A program made the position numbers and the translations under genes. The notes under the pieces were generated by a model. That model saw nothing but the letters and a program-made list of their open reading frames with translations, had not been told where the DNA came from and did no database searches. A stretch of DNA of 64,000 bases from Macrostomum lignano (Eukaryota), in NCBI GenBank assembly GCA_002269645.1, contig NIVC01002355.1, positions 93,152 to 157,151 of the forward strand, given 5' to 3'. Shown piece by piece: positions 57,523-64,000 of this stretch (position 1 is its first letter; each line of letters opens with the position of its first letter).

Positions 57523-60315
57523 AAAGAATCCGGAGAGTTGAGTTGTTTGACGGAAAAAATTCGATTGAGTCCAGTTTAGCGGAGACGATCTTGCTTCTGC
57601 TTCGCGGAGAGGATCTTGATGGATTTTGCATCTTCAATCAGTCAGAGAAGAGAGTAAAGAGAAGAATAAAAAGAGAAGAGAGATGAGATGATAGAAAACA
57701 GAGTAGAAATGAGTGAAGAGATTAGACATGACAGATGGGAGAGAAGAGGGGAGTAAGGCGGGAACGAAGGAGAGAGAAGATAAGAGGAGAGAGGAGATGA
57801 GAGGGGAGATATGAGATAGAGGGAGACAAGAGAGATGATAGGAGAGAGAATAGATGAGGGATAAGAGCGTACAGAGGAAATAGAAGAGAGGGGAAGTAGA
57901 GGAGAAAGAAAGAATGAGATGAGGGATGAGAAATGAGACAGGAGGGGAGAGAGGAGAGAGAAAAGATGAGAAAAGAGAGGAGAAAGGAGACAGGAGAGAG
58001 TAAAGACAAAGACCAGGGAGAAGATATAAAAAAGGTAGTAGAGATGAGAGGAGATAGAGGACATCGAGAAGCGAGAGGAGAAGAGAGAGGCGAGAGAGGA
58101 GAGAGATGAAGGATCAGAGATGAGAGAGTTAAGAGAGGAAAGTAGTGAGGAGAGGAGAGATGAGAGATGCGATGAGAAAGGAGATGAGATGTGCGATGAG
58201 AAAAGAGATGAGTGAGAACATAAGAGAGAAGACATTAGAGCTTAAAGAGGGGAGAAGATGAAAGGAGAAAGGAGAGAAGAGAAGAGAGAATGGAGAGGAT
58301 AGAAAAGAGAGAAGAGAAGAGAGAGAGAGAGAGGGTTAAGGAGAGACGATAGATAAGTGAGTAGATATGAGATATGAGAGAGGAGAGAAGAGAAGACAGG
58401 AGACAGAAGTGAAGAGGAGAGATATGAGAGAAGAGAGGAGACAAGAGAATGGAGAGGGTACAGACGAAAGACGAGGGAGAAGAGATAAATAAGGGAGTAG
58501 GGGTAGAGATGAGATGAGAGAGAGGAGAGAGAAGAGAGTCACGATAATAGCGAAGAGAGGAGAGAGGAGATATGAGAGACGTGAGAGTCTTTAAGCTATG
58601 GGCTTTGAAAGGTTTTATAAAGAATTTGGAGACGATTTGGAAGATAGGGTTCTAGACATGGAATTTCAGTTGATAGATATTTCAGGGAATGGAATTCCGC
58701 TGATGGGAGTTCTTCCCCTTTCTCCTCCGAAGGAGGAGTTCCACTCGTCTACATCTCTCTATCTATCTATATATACTAAAGTTGACGTGTTGTTTGTCTG
58801 TCTGTCTGTCTGTGTGTGTGTGTGTGTGTCATTTCGACAACTCCTCCTTGAATAGTGGCAACTCAGCGTTGAAACTTATATGGGAAGATTGGAAATTATC
58901 CGAGGTCGGCTATAAGCTTCTATCTACATATACTAAAGTTCACGCGTTGTTTGTCTGTCTGTCTGTGTGTCTGTCTGTCATTTCGACAACTCCTCCTTGA
59001 ATAGTGGCAACTCAGCGTTGAAACTTATATGGGAAGATTGGAAATTATCCGAGGTCGGCTATAGGCTATTTTAATTCTGAAATTTAAATTTCTAAGATCC
59101 TCAAAAAGCAGAAAACGGCGGTCTTGACCTTTGATAATCTTAATTGTCCCCTCTTTCTGCTTGGAGCTGAAAATTTGCATGAATTTCAAGTGATTGCGCC
59201 ACAACTTTTCCCTATCTCTGCAGTATATTTTCTCTCCAGTGGGGGGATGGGGCGTTCTAAATGGCTGCCTGTGTACAATCGGACCCTGGCTCACTGGCTG
59301 ACTGTATAGACAATTGCGCAAAGATTTGTGTTCTAATTTTCAATAGGCAGCCCTGTGATTTTGTTGAACCTTGAAATTCAATGCATAAACTTGCGGGCCT
59401 CTTTAGCAGGCAGTGAACGTACAATTGATATTTCAATGCTTTAAATCAGAAAGTTTCAAACGCAAACTGTTGCTCGAGTTTTTAACTTTGAGAGAAAAAA
59501 TTAATATTGCTGGAAAGAACTTGCAAAGCTGATTTCAGGGATATAAATTGTTTGCTTTAAATATGAAAAGAAAAAGCACAGCATTGAAAAAACTATTTCC
59601 ATACTTTTAACTTTCTGCAAAAATTGTACTCAGTTTTGCGAGACGTAATAGATAAAGTTTGGGGGAGGGTTCAACTTCTTACTGCTGCTGTGTATTGGAG
59701 GGTTGATTTAGATTGCGCAATGTTTTTCTTAACTTTAACTGAGACTGATACTGACTGACTGTGAAATCGGTTGCGCCATCAATTTGTTTTATTATCTGTG
59801 CCTTTCAATAGGCTGCCCTGTGTAATAGCCAGCCTGTGTAATGAATGAATAAATTTGCGAGCCTCTTTGGCAGGCAGTGAACGTACACGCGATATTTCAA
59901 TGCCTTAAAACGGGAACTTTCAAATGCTAACTGCTCTTCGAGTTCTAAACTTTAAGAGAAGAGACTTATACTGCTGAAAAGATCTTGCAACGCTGAGTTC
60001 GAGGATATAAATTGTTAGCTTTCAATATAAAGACTAAAAGAGCAGCATCAAAAAAACTATTTCCATACTTTTAGCTTTATGCAAAGATTGTACTCATTTT
60101 TTGGTTCAATGCCCCCAACAGTTCGGCGTTCAATTTCTAACTGCTACTGCGTATTGAAAAGAGGTCGGTCTCTGTGTACTGGAGGGTTGATTTAGATTGC
60201 GCAATCTTTTTGTTAACTTTAACTGAGACTGATACTGACTGACTGAGAAATCGGTTGCGCAATCAATTGATTCAATTGGTTCCATTTTTTTTTGAACACG
60301 CAGCTGTGTGTAGCT

Positions 60316-60338
60316 CTAACCCTAACCCTAACCCTAAC
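60316..60338. repeat. Interstitial (CCCTAA)n telomere-type repeat, unit 2
   Basis: ctaaccctaaccctaaccctaac. Confidence 0.9.
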
Positions 60339-62547
60339 AATAACCTTACCAATGAATCCTGATATTTATTTTTTTTGACGGAGAAAATTTCGATTGAGTC
60401 CAGTTTAAAAGAGAGAATTTCGATGGTTTTCAGTTTCACGGAAAGGATTTCGAAGGAGTCCAGTTTCACGGAGAGGATTTCGATGGTTTTCAGTTGCACG
60501 GACAGGATTTCTGCTTCGCGGAGAGGATCTTGATGGATTTGGCATCTTCAATCAGTCAGAGAAAAGAGTAAAGAGAAGAATGAAAGCAGAAGAGAGATGA
60601 GATGATAGAAAACAGAGTAGAAATAAGTGGAGATATTAGACATGACAGATTGGAGAGAAGAGGGGATTTAGGCGGGAACGAAGAGGGAGAGAGAAGAAAA
60701 GTGGAGAGAGGAGAGAAAATAGATTAGGGATAAGAGCGTACAGAGAAAATAGAAGAGAGGGGAGAGTAGAGGAGAAAGAAAGAGTGAGATGAGGGGATGA
60801 GGTATGAGAGAGGAGGGGAGACAGGAGAGACAAGAAAGAAGAAAAGAGGGGAGAAAGGAGAAAGGAGAGAGTAGAGACGAAGGACCAGTTAGAAGATATA
60901 AATACGGTAGTAGAGATGAGAGGAGAGAAAGGAGAGAGAAGCGAGAGAAGAAGCGAGAGGAGAAGAGAAAGAGGAGAGAGGAGAGAGATGAAATAGATAA
61001 GAGAGTTAAGAGAGGAAAGTAGTGAGGAGAGGAGAGATGAGAGATGAGAGATGCGATGATAAGAGATGAGTGAGAACATAAGAGAGAAGAGAGAAGAGAT
61101 TAGAGAAGAGAGGGGAGAAGATAAAAGGAGCAAGGGGAGGAGAAAAGAGAGAATGGAGAGGATAGAAAAGAGAGAAGAGAAGAGACAGGGAAAAGTGGAA
61201 AGGAGGAAAGAAAGATTGGAGACAAGTAAGTGGAGTGTGAGAGCGTATATGAGATATGAGAAATGAGAGCAGAGAGGAAAGAAAAGAGAAGAGAGAGAGG
61301 GTTAAGAGAGACGATAGATAAGTGAATAGGGATGACATATAAAAGAGGAGAGAAGAGGGAGAGATAAGAGAGAAGAGAGAAGACAGGAGACAGAGAGGAG
61401 AGATATGAGAGAAGAGAGGAGATAAGAGAGGAAGAGAGAGACAAGAGACAGGGAGACGGGTAGAGAGAGATGAGAGAGAAGAGAGTCACGATAATAGCAC
61501 AGAGTGGAGAGAGTAGATATGAGAGACGTGAGAGTCTTTGAGCTATGGTCTTTGAAAGGTTTTCTAAAGAATTTGGAGACGATTTGGAAGATAGGGTTCA
61601 AGACATGGAATTTCAGTTGATGGACATTTCAGGGAATGGAATTCCGGTGATGGGAGTTCTTCCCCTTTCTCCTCCGAAGGAGGAGTTCCACTCTATATAC
61701 TAAAGTTGACGCGTTGTTTGTCTGTCTGTATGTCTGTCTGTATGTCTGTCTGTCATTTCGACAACTCCTCCTTGAATAGTGCCAACTCAGCGTTGAAACT
61801 TATATGGGAAGATTGGAAATTATCCGAGGTCGGCTATAGGCTATTTTAATTCTGAAATTTTAATTTCTAAGATCCTCAAAAAAGCAGAAAACTCTAATCT
61901 TGACCTTTGATAATCTTAATTGTCCCCTCTTTCTGCTTGGAGCTGAAAAATGCATGAATTTTTAGTGATTGCGCCACAACTGCAGTGTATTTTCTCCAGT
62001 GGGGGGTGGGAGCGTTCTCAGAGATAATTGCGCAATGATATGGCTACTGATAAGTTTTCCTGCCTTTCAATGGGCAGTCCTGTGTATTTGTTGGACATTG
62101 AAATTCAATGCATCATCTTGCAAGCAGGCAGTGAACGTACACTCGATACTTCAATGCTATAAATCAGACAGTTTCAAACGCTAACTGTTCCTCGAGTTTT
62201 AAACTTTGAGAGGAGAATCTTACATTGCTGGCAAGATCTTGCAACGCTGAGTTCGGGATATAAGTTGTTTGCTTTAAATATGAAAAGAAAAAGCACAGCA
62301 TTTGAAAAACGATTTCCATACTTTTAACTTTCTGCAAAGATTGTACTTTAATCTGCAAAGATTGTTGGGGGAGGGTTCAACTTCTCACTGCTGCTGTGTA
62401 TTAGAGGGTTGATTTAGATTGCGCAATGTTTTTGTTAACTTTACCTGAGGCTGATACTGACTGACTGTGAAATCGGTTGCGCAATGAATTGATTCAATTA
62501 GTTCAATATTTTTATCTGTGCCTTTTAACACGAAGCTGTGCGTAGTT

Positions 62548-62587
62548 CTAACCCTAACCCTAACCCTAACCCTAACCCTAACCCTAA
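62548..62587. repeat. Interstitial (CCCTAA)n telomere-type repeat, unit 3
   Basis: About 6.5 perfect units. Confidence 0.92.
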
Positions 62588-64000
62588 TGAATCTGGCGAG
62601 TTGAGTTGTTTGACGGAAAAAATTCGATTAAGTCAAGTTTAGCGGAGACGATCTCAATGTTTAAATTCTGACGGAGAAGATTTCTGTTTCGTGGAGAGGA
62701 TTTCGATGGTGTTCAGTTTCACGAAAGGATTTCCATAGTGTTCAGTTTCACGGAGAGGATTTCGATCATGTTCAGCTTCACGGAGAGGCTTTCTGTTTCG
62801 CGGAGATAATTTATGATTGATTTCTGTTTTCTGGAAACAATTTTGATGGATTTAAGTTTCAAGGAGAGGATTTCGAAGGAGTCCAGTTTCACTGAGAGGA
62901 TTTCGATGGTTTTTAGTTGCACAGACAGGATTTTTGCTTCGCGGAGAGGATCTTGATGGATTTGGCATCTTCAATCAGTCAGAGAAGAGAGTAAAGAGAA
63001 GACTGAAAAGAGAAGAGAGAAGAGATGATAGAAAACAGAGTATAATTGAGTGGAAGATTAGACATGACAGATTGGAGATGATAGGAGAGAGAATAGATGA
63101 GGGATAAGAGCGTACAGAGGCAATAGAAGAGAGGGGAGAGTAGAGGAGAAAGAAAGAGTGAGATGAGGAGATGAGGGATGAGAGAGCAGGGAGAGAGGAG
63201 ACAGGAGAGAGTACAGACGAAAGACTAGGGAGAAGATATAAATAAGGTAGTAAAGATGAGAGGAGAGAGAGGAGAGAGAAGCGAAAGGAGAAGAGAGTGA
63301 GGAGAGAGGAGAGAGATGAAGGAGCAAGGAAAAGGAGAAAGAGAGAATGGAGAGAATAGAAAAGAGAGAGAGAAGAGACAGGGGATAGTGAAAAGGAGGA
63401 AGAAAGATGGGAGACAAGAAAGTAGTGTCAGAGCGTATATGAAATATGAGAAATGAGAGCAGAGAGAAGAGAAAAGAGAAGAGAGAGAGAGGGTTAAGAG
63501 AGACGATAGATGTGAGTAGAGATGACATATGAGAGAGGAGAGAAGAGGGAGAGATAAGAGTGAAGAGAGGAGACAGAAGACAGGAGAAGGTACAGACGAA
63601 AGACGAGGGAGAAGAGATAAATAAGGAGCAGGGGTAGAGATGAGATGAGAGAGAGGAGAGAGGAGATATGAGAGACTTGAGAGTCTTTGAGCTATGGTCT
63701 TTGAAAGATTTTGTAAAGAATTTGGAGACGATTTGGAAGATAGGGTTAAAGACATGGAATTTCAGTTGATGGATATTTCAGGGAATAGAATTCCGGTGAT
63801 GGGAGTTCTTCCCTTTCTCCTCCGAAGGAGGAGTTCCACTCGTATATACTAAAGTTGACGTGTTGTTTGTCTGTCTGTCTTGTGTGTGTGTCTTTCGACA
63901 ACTCCTCCTGAATAGTGCCAACTCAGCGTTGAAACTTATATGGGAAGATTGGGAAATTATCGAGGTCGGCTATAGGCTATTTTAATTCTAAATTTTAATT

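Larger units (their letters stand above)
55490..64000 (+). mobile_element. Head-to-tail tandem array of non-autonomous Helitron-like units (about 3.3, 2.9 and 2.15 kb, plus the start of a fourth)
   Basis: Three junctions show the hairpin CTCCTCC-GAA-GGAGGAG (58722-58738, 61669-61685, 63817-63833), then ttccaCTC(GT), then (within about 20 bp) the next head tatatactaaagttgacg...tgtctgtc. Each unit shares internal blocks, a CCCTAA tract and a GA-rich tract. Confidence 0.75.

Noticed and set aside
57493-62587. Evidence that the window is at a chromosome end
   Set aside because: Tracts are only 23-40 bp and internal to repeat units.
57642-63755. Leu/Ser-rich minus-strand ORFs resembling membrane proteins (also 39587-40706 and 4922-5134)
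   Set aside because: Complement of GA-rich low-complexity tracts.

Overview
Eukaryotic, repeat-rich metazoan DNA with GT-AG introns and GC-rich exons. The style suggests a free-living flatworm such as Macrostomum; that is inference only. No rRNA, intact tRNA gene or CRISPR array was found. From left to right: (1) 1-4493, a near-complete Ngaro-type tyrosine-recombinase retrotransposon on the minus strand (A1-gag-RT/RNaseH-YR-B1-A2-spacer-B2) inserted in an F-type lectin exon. Its gag-like ORF starts with a SAP motif, and its gag/pol junction has a textbook -1 ribosomal frameshift signal (A_AAA_AAC, 7-nt spacer, 8-bp all-GC hairpin), which is the most novel-looking item in the window. (2) About 4.5-9.4 kb, three F-type lectin domain copies, one apparently intact and spliced to a PAN/apple exon. 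(3) 14068-26128, a 7-exon, 1413-aa centrobin-like coiled-coil gene whose large introns are each filled with a different satellite. (4) 29476-31654, the 3' exons of an orphan multi-pass (7TM-like) gene. (5) 32747-41364, a 12-exon, 1053-aa EGF-NIDO-AMOP-VWD (MUC4/SUSD2/Mesh-like) gene, with the 3' half of a paralog at 47512-55382 in which the same EGF exons sit at the opposite end of the protein. (6) 55490-64000, a head-to-tail array of Helitron-like units carrying CCCTAA repeats and GA-rich tracts. Interspersed are RTE-like LINE fragments, a tRNA-derived SINE, hAT and mariner MITEs, a mariner fossil and many tandem repeats. Gene models were built by hand from splice sites and frame phase; family assignments come from motif recognition, not database searches.
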